DNA of 64,000 nt from Parasitella parasitica NRRL 2501 (GCA_025201805.1 MU619270.1:182397-246396), one strand, 5' to 3'. Positions 50,483 to 63,968 are shown, counted from the first letter of the stretch. The notes: generated from the sequence alone by a model not told the origin. Program-made: numbers and translations.

Positions 50483-52251
50483 ATGAATACAAGCCATATC
50501 ACAAGACTATTTCAACCAGCTGTCAAAACAGCATTATCGTGGAAATTAAACCAAGCTATTATGACAAAGGGTACGAAAGCTATACTCCTTATATTGGTTA
50601 CAACGATATTAATCTTTCCCCATTTCTTCGTCTGCAGCTATCAAACGATCCTCAATTGGAATGTTGCCGTCTTTTTACTTGTGCCAGCAACAAAGTCAAA
50701 AGGTAAATACAAGAAAAGATAGTGAATATGCAATGCATACATTTACAAAGCTAGATTAATATGACGATGACTCAAATTTTTGGAAAAAAAAAAAAAAAAA
50801 ATAGAGAGGTTTTCATGCTTCCTCAATAGCACATCAGCCAAAACAAGACCCTTACAAGGTGCTGGGTGTTTCTAGATCATCATCTCAGGGCGAAATTAAA
50901 AAGGCGTATTATAAGGTTTGTACATCCAACTACTGTTTTTCATGCATTGTAGCAGTATACTCACTTTTAAACTTAGCTGGCTAAACAATACCATCCTGAT
51001 ACAAACAAAGATAAAGATGCCCGAGAGAAATTTGTACAAATCCAAGAAGCATATGAAATACTATCAGACGAACAAAAGAGGAGCCAGTTTGACCAATTTG
51101 GGCATGGTTTTGATGGAGCAGGAATGGGCGGTTCAGGCGGTCCTGGAGGTCCAGGCGGATTTTACAGTAGCTCATCATCGAGTGGATTTCCTGGAGGCTT
51201 TGATCCAAATGATATATTTAGTCAGTTTTTCGGCGGTGGATTTGCAGGAGGTGCTAATGGAGCAGGTGATGATCCATTTCGTACTATGAGTGGTGAGGAT
51301 ATCCAGGTAACAGCAGATATGATACTTGTATATACATAACTTACTTTTTACTCAAACATACACATGTCTCCTTAGGTACCTCTCACAATTGATTTCATGG
51401 ATGCTGTTAAAGGTGTGAAAAAGTATGTAACTGTAAATAGTGTCACCGAGTGCCATACCTGTCATGGATCAGGCATTAAAGAAGGGAAAAAAAAGACGCA
51501 ATGCAGTGTTTGCCATGGTTCTGGAGTACATACCGTCCAAATGGGTGGATTTCACATGCAGACATCTTGCCAAGCTTGCGGCGGATCTGGTTCATCAATT
51601 CCTCATGATGCGAAATGTATTACGTGCGACAGTGTGGGTAAGGTGCGAGAGAGGAAACAAGTGGAGGTGACTATCCCGCCCGGTGTCGATAATAACTCGA
51701 GGATCCGAGTACCAGGTGCTGGCGATGCACCTATCAAAGGAAAAGGCCCAAGCGGCGATCTATTCGTTTCGTTGCATGTAAGTCTTTGGATTTATCACAT
51801 TGGAATGCTGCTGGAATGTTCTAAACTTTTGAGATTTATAATATATATATATGGATATAGATTCAACCGTCTAAAGTGTTCCGTAGACAAGATTCCGACA
51901 TCTTTTATGACGCCAAAATACCCTTCTATAAGGCCATGCTAGGTGGTAAAATAAGAGTCCCTACTATCGATGGAGAAGTCGATTTAAAAATACCGTCTGG
52001 TTCTCAGCCGAATGATAATATTGCTTTGAGAGGACGTGGTATTCAACGTTTAAAAGGATCCTCAAGAGGCGACCAAATCGTTCAATTGCAAGTAGAACTG
52101 CCAAGGTAAGCTTTTGATCAATGGATCTATTTTTCAATATAGCTCAATTTTGTTTAGAAGTCTGCGTGGAAAACAACGTGAAATCATCGAGAAATACGCC
52201 TCGTTGGTGGATAAAGATTATGAAAAAGCATCGCCAAACCAAGACAATTAG
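50483..52251 (+). CDS. MDJ1: Mitochondrial type-I DnaJ chaperone (Mdj1-like)
   Basis: Presequence ending RGFHASS; J-domain DPYKVLGV...YHPDTNKD; G/F region; four CxxCxGxG-type repeats (the last degenerate); C-terminal substrate-binding domain. Confidence 0.9.
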
Positions 52252-53546
52252 TTTATAATATCTAATAAAAGCATCTAATTTGTATTTTGAAATTATAGTT
52301 GATATAAGATATTTCATTGTGAACGTCAGAATAATACAGAATTCAGGGACCTTGTTGCTAATTTTAGTATATCATGTATTAATTAACCACGCACGTGTAG
52401 TGAGTCAAAAAAAACCTGATTCTTGATAATGATTTATCACTCTTTAGAATGACAAAATATGTTTCGAAACGGAAGGGTTCTAATGCATTGCATTAGCATA
52501 TAATATACGATTATTATATGGGTAGGTCGTATTTGATAAATTTTTTTAAGCCTAATTATGTAGTCTCCGTAGAATTCTTTCTCTATTGACAACACATTCT
52601 TACACCAATCTGGAATTGTTCAAACGACGATTAATCTCTACCACGATCAACATTTTAGAGTTGTGTTAAATAGAAAACAAGTCTAGAATTATTAACATTC
52701 GATAGAGAACACAGGAATGTTTATTCGAATAAAAGGCTTGAGAGGTTCATTGTACGTCATTTCCAAACTGGATGATTTATGGAATAATGAAATTAATATC
52801 TAATATAATTAAATTGTCAAAGAATGAAAACAAGGTCTAGACTCAATACATAACTTGAAAAATAATATCGAATATAAACATGTATTGTACATGTCAATGG
52901 CAATGAACCAAAAGATGTCCCATGTGCCATAGGTAAAGTGCGTTTGACAATATGACACCCTGCTCAAACTTGGTATCCGCCGAGAAATCCCACGGGCTTG
53001 AAAACCGCATAAACTGAGTGATGCAGCCGATAGATTCATTGTCATCAGCTGTAACACTGTTTTTCACTAAGGCACATGATCCGGATGGGGCAAATTGCAA
53101 ATACCGTTCTATTTGAAAAGAAGCGACGTATCTAGAATACATGTCTTAGATCAGGATGTTTCTTTTTCATTGCATCCGTAATTGTTACACTTGCCAAAAT
53201 GTGTGAATTCGGGCATGAACAATTATGGTAAACCGAAAACAAATCATCATCTCCTTTTTAAAAGCAGGATAATTACAATGCAAAACAAAGCCCACAGATT
53301 CTTTATTAAGCTATGGTGTCTAAATTACCTGGCGTGTAACAGAGGATCTGCAAAGTGACAAACGATGATGAAGAACCGATTTACATGTAATATTGAATCA
53401 AACTACAAATAAATTTATTAATGGTAATGATGTTGGCATTAAAACGAGGAAAAAAGGGGGTATTGGAATGACTAAACAGTATGCACGTAATTTCAAGTAT
53501 ATATACAAAGTTCAACGTATTTACAAAAATGGTAAATTATGATCGC

Positions 53547-53822
53547 TTAGCAGATCATTCTAAAGCTTGGAGGGGAAGTTGGAGAACTTGTTGAAACAGA
53601 ACTAGGCGCTGTGGACGATGGTATCACTAAATCTCCACCTTTTCTCAATTGTGCCTTTGTATAAACACATAACTGGCGTGCGTATTCACATCGAGCCATG
53701 GCCATGATTTGATCTCTTGTAAACCTTTTTTGTTCAGTAAGTCTACCGATGGAAGCTTGTTGCTGATGCTTGGTCGTTGTGCTGATATTAGCAGTAGTAG
53801 CAGTAGTAGTAACACTGTTCAT
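53547..53822 (-). CDS. Small hypothetical protein (91 aa)
   Basis: ATG in AAA context with TATAAATA about 65 bp upstream. Central amphipathic helix (RDQIMAMARCEYARQLCVYTKAQLRK) flanked by T-rich and S/P-rich tails. Confidence 0.6.
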   Translation of the reverse strand: MNSVTTTATTANISTTTKHQQQASIGRLTEQKRFTRDQIMAMARCEYARQLCVYTKAQLRKGGDLVIPSSTAPSSVSTSSPTSPPSFRMIC

Positions 53823-54391
53823 TTCTTTTTTGATTTAAAGGTAAAGAAAAAAAAGGGCATCCTTCTTCAATGCAATGGCGTATTTATACAAAAAAATCAA
53901 ATGGAGATTTCAAATAATAACGAATGGGAATGAACAAAGGAATAGCTTAAAATAGAAAAGAAATGATATCATTGAGAACCTCCTTTCCTAAAACTGCTAC
54001 AATCCCTCCCCTTCCATGGCTGTGTTTGGAGGTCTAAACAGACTATTCCAGACGAATTTGATTGGTGAGTCTTTTCAAAAAACGTATGATTCATACAGCA
54101 TTTTATGCTAAATGTTTTGTCCAACCTTTATCAGGTAGATCCCCATCTCGCTCTTGTTTTTTATTGATGCTCAGAGGCGTTATAATAGCACGTCCAAGAC
54201 CTGAAAAATCAACTACATCATTAATAAGCATCGCACAGCTAGGATTTACATTTGGACATGAAATGCTGTTGTTGTCGCTGAAGGTTGTTGGACACGTTGA
54301 TTGTGACCTGTTTCGAGGGGCTTCTCTTAAGATTTGTTGCGTTATCCCTTTGCATATTCCCCTCTTCTTATAAAACACATTGCAAATTAAT

Positions 54392-57300
54392 ATGGCTACA
54401 CCTCAAGTACCATTTATCAGTGCTCCTTTCAAGAAAACAGATGATATCGATTGGGTGCATCCGCTAAAGAAATACATTGCTCGCTTCTACCAAGACGACC
54501 CCGAAAAATACAAAGAGGAAACGCAATCATTCAACAGATTACGCCAAGACATTCGTGGTGCAGGAAAAGATTTCACAGGAAGAGATCTTCTCTACCGTTA
54601 TTTTGGGCAGCTTGAGTTACTGGATCTGCGTTTCCCTGTGGATGAGAAGCATGTTAAAGTGCTGTTCAACTGGTACGTCTACAAAGCATTTATGCTGTTT
54701 GTAGGGTTTATCCAACTAACCAATGCTTATCAGGTACGATGCTTTCAGCAACCGCGCGATATCCCAGTACTCGCTTGCGTTTGAAAAAGCAAGCATTATA
54801 TTCAACGAAGCAGCTACCCTGTCTGCCATCGCCAGCTCTCAGAACAGAGCTGAAGCTGATGGCCGCAAAAAGGCCTTTCACTACTTCCAAGCATCTGCTG
54901 GCATGTTTCAGTATATCAATGATAACTTTTTACACGCTCCGTCTGAGGATTTGAGTCGTGAAACGGTGAATATGCTTTCGGAACTAATGCTTGCTCAGGC
55001 TCAGGAATGCTTCTTGGAAAGCAGTATCCGTGAAAAATCAAAAGATGGCTTGATTGCTAAATTGGCTAGCCACGCTGCATGGGTTTACGGTAACTTGATA
55101 GACTCTCTTGGCGATGCCGTCAACCGTAGTGTGGGTATCGACAAGTCTTGGACCGTCCTTTGTCAAGTAAAGCAAAAGTACTATTGTGCGCTTGCGCAAG
55201 AACATAAGGCTGCTACTTGCCTAGCCGAAGCCAAGTACGGCGAATGCGCAGGACGTTATGCTGCTGCTGAATCTGCTGCAAAGGAAGCTGCAAAATTAGC
55301 CAACAACTTGCATTCGGCTTTGGTATCTTCAAATCATGCGAATGGCACGATCTCCTCTGAAGGCAGTAATGCTATTCAAGAGCTCTGCAAGAATATGAGC
55401 GCTAATTGTGCTGAGAAATCGTCTACTGCGAACCGCGATAACGACTTGATTTACCATGATAGTGTACCTCAGGAATGCATCTTGACACCCATCGATCGTC
55501 TCAAGGCCGTCAAAGCAATTCCCATTGCCGAATTGTATGGCCCTGATGAAATGAAAAGAGTAATCGGTGCTGATATATTTTCCAAGCTCATTCCTATCAG
55601 CGTCCACGAAAGCGCTTCGCTTTACTCTGAAGAAATTGCCAAACTACTTCGCTCAGAAAACGAGAGATGCGATATCGCAAAAGCCGAATTGATAGCCTCT
55701 TTGGACTACATGAAGTTACCCGGTTCCCTCGCGAAATTCAAACAACAGCGTCAAATGAACTCTTCGTTAGATGATTACGCTTCTCCTCCCTCAGATGTAA
55801 AGTCTTGGGCGGACCAAATTGCCGCCGAAGAACGTCGCTTGCCTGTTCCTGAATTGTGGAATACACTAAACAGTTTAAAAACAAAGGCTAGGCAAACTCT
55901 GGATGAAGCTAGTTTGAATTTGGACAAGGAGATGAGAGATTGCGAACAGGGAAGAGTGCAGTATGCTGAACTATGGACTCAGGCCCCTTCTGGTCCGCTT
56001 ACCACTGAATTCAGACACGATATTTCAAATCACCGCCGTACATTAGATGGTGCATCTCAATCTGATAATCAGCTGATGGGCAAATATGATTCTGTTAGAC
56101 GAAATATTGATATTTTGAAACACGGAGGTCAAAGTCGAGAATTGGAAGGTGCTTACGCTGAATGTATTTCAACTCTGGCTAACGGATCGACAGCAAAGAA
56201 AGATGCTGGGGTAAATCTCTTGGATGTTGATACTGGTAGCAGTCAGGCCGAAAAGAAGAATGGAAATTTGAATGAAAAAGTACAGCGAATCGAGGCTATC
56301 ATTGATAAATTGCGCAAGATCGAGAGTGATCGTGAAGGCACCTTCCGTGATTTGAAGGACAAGGTAATACCAGAAAAAAAGGGCAAGGGGGGGAGGGGCA
56401 TATCGTGAGTTAGGCATCTAAAATTTGTTTAGACTATGCAAGATGACATCTCTCAGCTCTTGATTCTCAACAAAAAGGCCAATGTGGAACAACACATTTT
56501 TGCTTCTGAATTGGAGAAATATCGACCTCATCAGCAACGTATCTCTGCTACTATTCAGCATCAACAGCAGACTATTCAGGACCTGACTTTTGCTTTCAAG
56601 GATTTGATGGAAGGAGAAGAGGCTCAAAACCTGCAATCTCAACATGATAAGGCTGATCGCCTTTGTCGCAATTTGACAGCTGATTTTAACGAGGCTAGAT
56701 CAGTGTACAATGGAATCAAAGATGATTTAAATAGAGGTATTCAGTTCTATTCTGGTCTACAGGAGACTCTTGATTCATTGCAGCGTAATATTCAACGCTT
56801 TGTTTCGGAACGCTCTAATGAAAGAAGCCGACTAATGGATAGTGTTGAGAGCACCAAAAGCTCCCGTGAACAAGAGTTACTTCGTGAAACTTTAAACAAG
56901 TACACAGTTGCTCCACCTCCACCTGCCCCCTCTTCTTCATCCATGTCATCGGCTAGCATCTCTCACTTAACTAACCAAACTCGTCAAATGTCGATCAGTG
57001 AACCTACTGCTCCTACTAGTAGCGGGTATACACCTGCTCCTCCACCAAAACCTGCAGCTTTTGTTCAGCAGCAGCAGCAACAACAATATCATCAAGCACC
57101 CCCAACGCCTATAAATCCATCACCTTTTGGGACTTATGGCTCTAATATTCCATCCACCACATACCATCAACCGCCTCAACAACCTCCTTATGCTCCCGTA
57201 CCTCAATCTCCTATGCAGCATGCTCCTTATCCCATGTTTAAACAGCAACCTTATCAGCCTGCTTCTGCGAATTATCCTTCTCAACAGCAGCCACAAGGCT

Positions 57301-57593
57301 ATTATGGTAACATGCAAGCACCACCTTTACCTCCACAATCTCAATACCATCATCAGATTTCACCTCAACAGCCTCAATACACTCCTCCCACTCCTCAAAT
57401 CCAACAGCAGCAACAGCAGCCTCACCAGGGCTACCAATCGCAATATCAGCCTCATCAACAATGGCAGCAGCAGCCTCCGCCTCATCAACAGCAGCCAATC
57501 TATCAACAGCCGCTATATCAGCAGCAGCAATTTCCACCACAGCAACAACCACAGCCACAAAGACCACCACCGCCTGGAAATTTGTTGGATTAA
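54392..57593 (+). CDS. BRO1: ESCRT-associated BRO1 protein (Bro1 domain, V domain, Pro/Gln-rich tail); 3 exons
   Basis: DWVHPLKKYI...NRLRQDIRGAGKD.TGRDLLYRYFGQLELLDLRFP...WYDAF, FEKASIIFN, LMLAQAQEC and RDNDLIYH motifs; proline-rich C-terminus. Confidence 0.93.
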
Positions 57594-58173
57594 ACACTTG
57601 GCTGATTACTCCATATCAAGTAATATTATAATAAAATACATCATTTTTGCTATTCCAATTTACCATAACCAAGAAGCAGTATCGTGAAGGCTGCCACTGG
57701 TACACCTTCGATTTGATGCTATTAAATGTGAACGACATGGTAAAATCGAAGCCTTTTGAGTCGATGCATTTTCAAAACAGAGGAAGGGCTCACCAGTAAT
57801 TAATGACAACATAAGAGATTCTTTGGACCCTTCATTGAAAAATGGCATGATGGAGTAAATGCTATATGATATGTCTACAGCATTCGCAGTCTGGCAGTAC
57901 AATGGGATTGTCAATGCAAATACGTTTGATTTCGGTTTTCTGGAAAATAAATTGAGATCTGCATGTGCCCAGAATCACTCATGCTTCAACTGCTTCATGT
58001 ATATGTAGGATCAGTCGCACATTTTTTGTAATTTCTAGGCTCTTCCAATGATGCTATGGTGCAGTTACCGACTTTCAAAATAACACTATTACCAAATTCA
58101 ACTGACCTTCCTCTTCCTCCAGCAATCAAAAATCGTAGGTCGTCTCTAACTTCATTGTTCTTCACTATAAATC

Positions 58174-58665
58174 ATGCAATCCCAATTTGTCACTTCTCTC
58201 TTGGCCGTGGTTACTGTATTATCTGTCATATTTACTGCTGCTCCCTTTGAGCCTACGACCGGCGTTGCCATTGATGATTTTGCTGTACCTATTTTGAAGA
58301 AGAGCAAAAAGATTCATGATGGTAATGAAGATTCCAAGACTTATAGTAGTACTACAACCTGGTATTCTCCCAAGAAAAATACTGGTACGAAGGCCGCTTG
58401 TGGTGGTAAGAAGATTGGCGATGACTCTGAAATTGTTGCCCTTGACACTCCCCAGTACGGTCAAATGTCCAGCGACTCTGACTGGTGTCGCAGAAGTTAA
58501 ATTACTGGTACTACTAAGGCTACCATTTTGAATGCTTGTCCTGAATGTGGTTCAGGCGATTTCCATCTAACTCCTGTTCTCTTTGAACGTGTCTGCGGTG
58601 AGAAAAGTAACGGTGTAGCAGATGTTACCTGGAAGTTAAGCTTAAATCAGCCTTTCATTAGATAA
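58174..58665 (+). pseudogene. RlpA/expansin-like double-psi beta-barrel protein, disrupted
   Basis: Signal peptide, then TWY...AACG...IVAL...WC, a stop at 58498-58500, and an in-frame continuation ITGTTKATILNACPECGSGDFHLTPVLF...VTW. Confidence 0.8.
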
Positions 58666-59217
58666 CAGGATATAATACAGGCTTTTACTATGTTCTCATT
58701 ATTTACCTAGTCTTAAAATTCATTTTCAACTAGGAAATGTATGATCATATTTCCTTCATGAATGCATAAATAAAAGCTTTTTTTTGTCGTTCATCTTCGC
58801 CATTTGTCTCTATTGAATTGCTCGAGCGGAGAGTGTTGTTGCTGTTTGTTCAATGCCTGCGATACTCCTTTAACTGAATCAGAGAAAAATGGCCTGACAA
58901 ATGTTCAAATGTGGTTGAAGGAAGCTTCTTTTAGAGAGTTTGGTAGGACTCATCTTCCAAATCACCAATAGAAGATTATTGTACATTTGCTTCAAATTGT
59001 TGTAATCACCAAGCATTTTGGACCAACACAAGTCGCTGCCCACCCTTTTCATGTGACCGTCGCTTAGAAAGCATTAAAGATGAATGGTTTCTCGCAAAAA
59101 GGAGACATGGCTAATTCTTTTTCTTTTGCTTCATGGGATCCTTTCACAGCAGTGTTGAGGTAGAAATAGCAACGAAGAGTACTTTTTGATACTTATAGCG
59201 ATACTTCTTCACAGAAC

Positions 59218-59493
59218 ATGGCGATCAATCATAGAGACAAGAGCGAAAGGGAGGAGAAAATTGCATCCAAAGATAATGATCGGAAGCTGGCTAAGAGGAA
59301 AGCAACCAGAAAAAGACAAAGGATTAATAGGAAGCAGAGGAATAGAAAGGCCCTCAAGGAAAATGATATGCCAGGGACGTTTCCATTACCATCTCCACCC
59401 ACTACACCACCGACGATTATACTGTCAGATTCTGATGAACCTGTCGATGCAGACATCTCTGATGATGATGATGGAAGCAGGAGCAGTAGTCAT

Positions 59494-59526
<33 letters not shown>

Positions 59527-60447
59527 GACAATGATAATCAGATTATTCATACAACCACCAATAATATATCCTTGACCGAGAGAGACCTACTCACATTAAA
59601 ACCTGGAAAATGGCTGAATGATACCATAATTGATTATTCTTTGAAGCTGATTGAGGACAAATGCCAGCATAATCAGCTGATTACTGTGTCAAGCACTTTC
59701 TTCTTCACGAAATTAAAATCAGCAAAAGAGTAAGCATTACGTTTCAATATAATTGAATCAACTTTATCAATTGTTATGGAAATGTAGGCGTAATCTGGAT
59801 ATTTATAAGGAAACTAAGACATGGATCAACTACACAAAGTTACGGCAAAGTAAAACTTGGTTTATTCCAGTCTGTCAAAAGTAAGTGCATTTATTTTTAT
59901 GTTTTAGTTGACAATCTTATCAGTATTCATTTAGTCATCATTGGTTTTTAATTGCTGTTGCTTTTCCATTCAAATCAAAGTATATTCACGACCCATAGTG
60001 TATGTGTAAATGTATCACTAATTCATGCGCGATAGATCTTTCATTTATGCGATGGATTCTCTGAATATCGACAGAACATCCGAAGCCAAGCTCATTGTTG
60101 AATTTTTAGAGAAAATTCATACTGTTGAAACAAATACTCCAATTAGAAAAATCCCTCAAATATACCAAACTAAAATACCACGGCAACAAAACATGAACGA
60201 TTGTGGTTTGCATGTCCTCAGGTCGTTTGAGGTATCGATACTACGAAAGAAATTCATCACTCGTTTATTGCAGGTAGGAAATACGCTCAAGTTGGAATTT
60301 TGTCAAAAGGTGTTCCAACATGTTAAATAGGGTGAAATTGTAAATCAAGCAGAGATCGACGCATTTTGGCTCCAACATCCTGTGATCAGTCGTCATGATC
60401 TCGAGTATCATATATTGAAATATGCTATGGATAGTACTGAAGAATAG
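59218..60447 (+). CDS. Ulp1/SENP-family (C48) cysteine protease (5 exons)
   Basis: LKPGKWLNDTIID, STFFFTKL, FIPVCQNHHWFL (His), AMDSL (Asp) and PRQQNMNDCGLHV (Gln/Cys). GT-AG introns at about 59730-59787, 59881-59934, 59980-60035 and 60274-60330. Confidence 0.88.
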
Positions 60448-60687
60448 TGTTTTCCCTTTTATGGATGGTTTTACAAATAAACTTGGGTTTCAAGATGCAC
60501 CTGACAGAACAAGCATTGGTCGTCCAATAGCAACATATTGCCAATGATGAAATCAGTTCAATATGTCAAATGCATGTTACATGATGTCATACAAACGTAA
60601 AAGGTTCGACAGACCAATATATAAGAATGCAATTTTATCGAGAAATAATATTTTACTTCCTTAATCTCTTGACTAATAAAATATTAA

Positions 60688-61320
60688 ATGAACTATGTTA
60701 AAGGAAAAATTGCCGAAAAGGTGCATATACCTGAAGTCGTTGAAACTGTGCGAGTTCAAGGCTCCAGCCAATTCAGAAAATACACTGCCAACGTTCCCTA
60801 TTTAAATCAGACATTACCAACATCCAAGATGACAGATCGTCAAAGGACCAAGCTGCTCAAGAAGATTCGCCGAATTGCCATGTGGCTGGACAACGCCCTG
60901 CCTCATTCACCTATTCCGCTAGGTATTGATTCAATTCTCGGTTTTATTCCTGTCATTGGTGGCTCTCTTGGTGGTTTATTCTCTTTGTACCAAGTCTATT
61001 TATCAACAACATTCGGTATCCCATTATGGCTCTTTATGCACATGTTGCTCAATATCGCTATTGATTTTGTGTTCAGCTTAATTCCTGTGATTGGTGGTTT
61101 TCTGCACATGTTTTATAAGGCAAATGTTTACAACTATGAGGAGTTGATGAATTATTTGGATTCCCCAGAATACTTGACGAGGGCTCAGCTGAGAGAGCAA
61201 CAAACGTCCACGTCTACTGCTTCCCCTGGAGAAATTACGTGGACTCAATTGGGAACAGATGTCAGAAACTTGGTGCCATTTCATACAACCAACAAGACAA
61301 GTAGTAAAAAGCAAATATAA
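60688..61320 (+). CDS. DUF4112 membrane protein
   Basis: RRIAMWLDN...LGIDSILGFIPVIG...MLLNIAIDFVFSLIPVIG...YKAN: the duplicated D..G.IP.G motif typical of DUF4112. Confidence 0.85.
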   Translation: MNYVKGKIAEKVHIPEVVETVRVQGSSQFRKYTANVPYLNQTLPTSKMTDRQRTKLLKKIRRIAMWLDNALPHSPIPLGIDSILGFIPVIGGSLGGLFSLYQVYLSTTFGIPLWLFMHMLLNIAIDFVFSLIPVIGGFLHMFYKANVYNYEELMNYLDSPEYLTRAQLREQQTSTSTASPGEITWTQLGTDVRNLVPFHTTNKTSSKKQI

Positions 61321-62541
61321 ATTTGCAGCGTTTAATAAAGCACTATATTTGTGTACATAAACAATATAGATTGCAGCAGGAATGAGGTTTGTTGATGCAT
61401 AATGATGTTCCAATGTATTGTATTTATACGTGCTTTTCTCTATTAAAAGTCTGTGCTTGATTAGGTGCTTTTCTCGGCACTTTAAGCCGATTTTCGCTCT
61501 TTCATAAAAATTCTGATATCTCGCTAAATGCGCCGGGAAAATGATCATGTTCATATTTAGAGTAAGTATGTTTATAAGCTGTTCATTGTGATTTATACAG
61601 TTTCAATAAATATAACACAGATATAGTATCAAAAGGTATTACTAGATTCACAACATTGCATACCTTTTTTCTTGAAATTTCAATTCTGGTTATGTTTAAG
61701 CTACATACTAAATTTAAAAATAAATCTGCCCTGACCAATACTGGACACATTCGAACATAATGGATGTATCTCTAATGTAGAAAATTAAAAAAATCAAGAT
61801 ATAAATTATAGTATTTACATCTGATGCACGCCTAGTATAAGGTGCGCTAAAGTTCTTTCCTAAAAAGAAGGTGTAAGCGTTTATATTTAGAATGTACCCC
61901 TTGATGTATACATTAGAAAATAAAGTAAGGCAGGGAAGAAAAAAAAGGGAATGTTACAACACGTTTATAGGCTACCCGGCTTACTCGTCCAATTTTAGCA
62001 ATCTTATTCATTTCCTTCTTCTTTCGAGTACGGTAGAAAAAGCATGAAATAAAGACTTTTTTATTGATAGATTAGGTTGTGGAAGCAAACTCAAGTGTCA
62101 CCACATTCAAAAGCTGTCTAATATTGAATGCAATTGGAGTCAATTTAAAGAGGCAGCAAAACAAAAGTTGCTGCGAGAGTTTAGATCAAATGAAAAATGT
62201 ATGTAGTTTAGGGGTAGTACAATTCAGTTGCCATGGAAACAGCTGTATTTACGAATGTTTGAGGAGTCAAATACACGACGCACCCTCGACTAGATGCAGT
62301 GTATGTTGAACAGGATCGCGGGATTGTGACTCATGTAGTGGTTTCACAAATGTTGGTTGCTGCGCAATACCCCCATTTGAATTGCTGTATGCGTATAAAA
62401 AGCAAAAGGCGAGAAAAAATTTCCCATTTTCTTTTTGTATTAAATTTCTAACTCTATACCCTGTCTAAAAGAGGAAAAAGACTTCTGCCCATCATTTATT
62501 CATCTGTCCATACTAGCTCTAATTCGCATTTATCATTATCG

Positions 62542-63840
62542 ATGACTACTCCTAATTTCAACTTTCAAGAACTCCACGATTTCTTATTCGAACCCATCAA
62601 GATGGAACCCTCCTCCTCCACCTCTTATTCTGATGCTGATGCTCCTAATACCAAACAATTCGACTTTGAACAAGTCTGGAGTGGCCTTAATGGTGAGTTT
62701 TACCCTGTTAAATCAGAGTTTGTAGAAGCATGTGAACTGATTTTAGAATATAACGCTCTAGTTGATGCCATTCAAAAATCTTGTGCTTTAACATCTGATA
62801 ATATGCAGCAACCCAGTTCGTTGTCTACCTTCATTGGTGATTTAGCTCCTGCTGCTGCTGCTGTTGTAGCTGCCGAATCGCCCATGATGAGCACTCCCTT
62901 TTTAGATCATTCTTGTATGAACACACCTTTTACACCAGCTTCTGTGTTTACTCCCAGCCTGGCACAAATACATAATTCACCTTTCTACTCACCTTATATC
63001 AACAATAATACCACTTGCTTTGGCAATATATCTGCCATTGATAATCAAGATGATATCCAAGTGGCAAATTATTTGAAAAATGATATTTCTTGGCAAGACA
63101 ACAGTAGTGCCACACCTACCATCTCCACTGCTGATTTGTTTGCTTGCACTCCTGCAATTACTCAGAATGACGCATCTCATGAACTCTTGAACACTCTCGA
63201 TACATTTAGCGGTAATCCCTCTCAATTGTTATTGAACAAAGTTGGCGACAATGTACCTACAACAACGATAGCCGCATCATCCAATGATGAATCATCTGAT
63301 TTTCTCTTTCCTCCCCTTCCTTCTGACAACCAAGACACCTCCTACTCTTACAATGCCAATCCCACTCAAGACCTTGACGCTAGTAATTTCTTTGATGATT
63401 GCTTCGACGATTGCTTCTTTGACGAAACCAATATTGCTCCTGAAGCTGTGATTCAGCCAGTTGTTGTAAACAAAGATATTGTATCCAAGAAACGCAAGAA
63501 CGATGATTCCAACACCAAAAAGAACAAGCGCATTAAAATTATGCCCACCAACAAAAACGATCAAGATCAACGCAAGTTTGAATGTGATATCTGCCATGTT
63601 ACGTTTAGCCGTCGTTATAATTTGGGTACTCACATCAAGACTCATGACAAGAGTAGACGTAAGGATTTCTCTTGCCACTTGTGCCAAAAGTTCTTTGACC
63701 GTAAACATGACCTTACAAGACACATCTCAACCGTTCACAATGGCGAACGGGCTTATGCCTGTGCGGAATGTCCTTCTACATTCAGCAGAAAAGATGCAAT
63801 GGTGAGACATCGTATGCAAAAGCATAATCGTGCTGCTTAA
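62542..63840 (+). CDS. C2H2 zinc-finger transcription factor (three C-terminal fingers)
   Basis: CDICHVTFSRRYNLGTHIKTH, CHLCQKFFDRKHDLTRHISTVH and CAECPSTFSRKDAMVRHRMQKH; basic NLS KKRK...KKNKRIK; acidic, S/T-rich N-terminus. Confidence 0.92.
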   Translation: MTTPNFNFQELHDFLFEPIKMEPSSSTSYSDADAPNTKQFDFEQVWSGLNGEFYPVKSEFVEACELILEYNALVDAIQKSCALTSDNMQQPSSLSTFIGDLAPAAAAVVAAESPMMSTPFLDHSCMNTPFTPASVFTPSLAQIHNSPFYSPYINNNTTCFGNISAIDNQDDIQVANYLKNDISWQDNSSATPTISTADLFACTPAITQNDASHELLNTLDTFSGNPSQLLLNKVGDNVPTTTIAASSNDESSDFLFPPLPSDNQDTSYSYNANPTQDLDASNFFDDCFDDCFFDETNIAPEAVIQPVVVNKDIVSKKRKNDDSNTKKNKRIKIMPTNKNDQDQRKFECDICHVTFSRRYNLGTHIKTHDKSRRKDFSCHLCQKFFDRKHDLTRHISTVHNGERAYACAECPSTFSRKDAMVRHRMQKHNRAA

Positions 63841-63968
63841 ATTCAGTTTATGATCCCCTTTTTTCTTCTTTTGTTATATGACTTTTTCCTCTTCTATTGT
63901 GTATATACGTAGCTATTTTATTTATTAATGTTTCAGCATATTTGTCTGGCAACAGTTGCATTTTTCAA

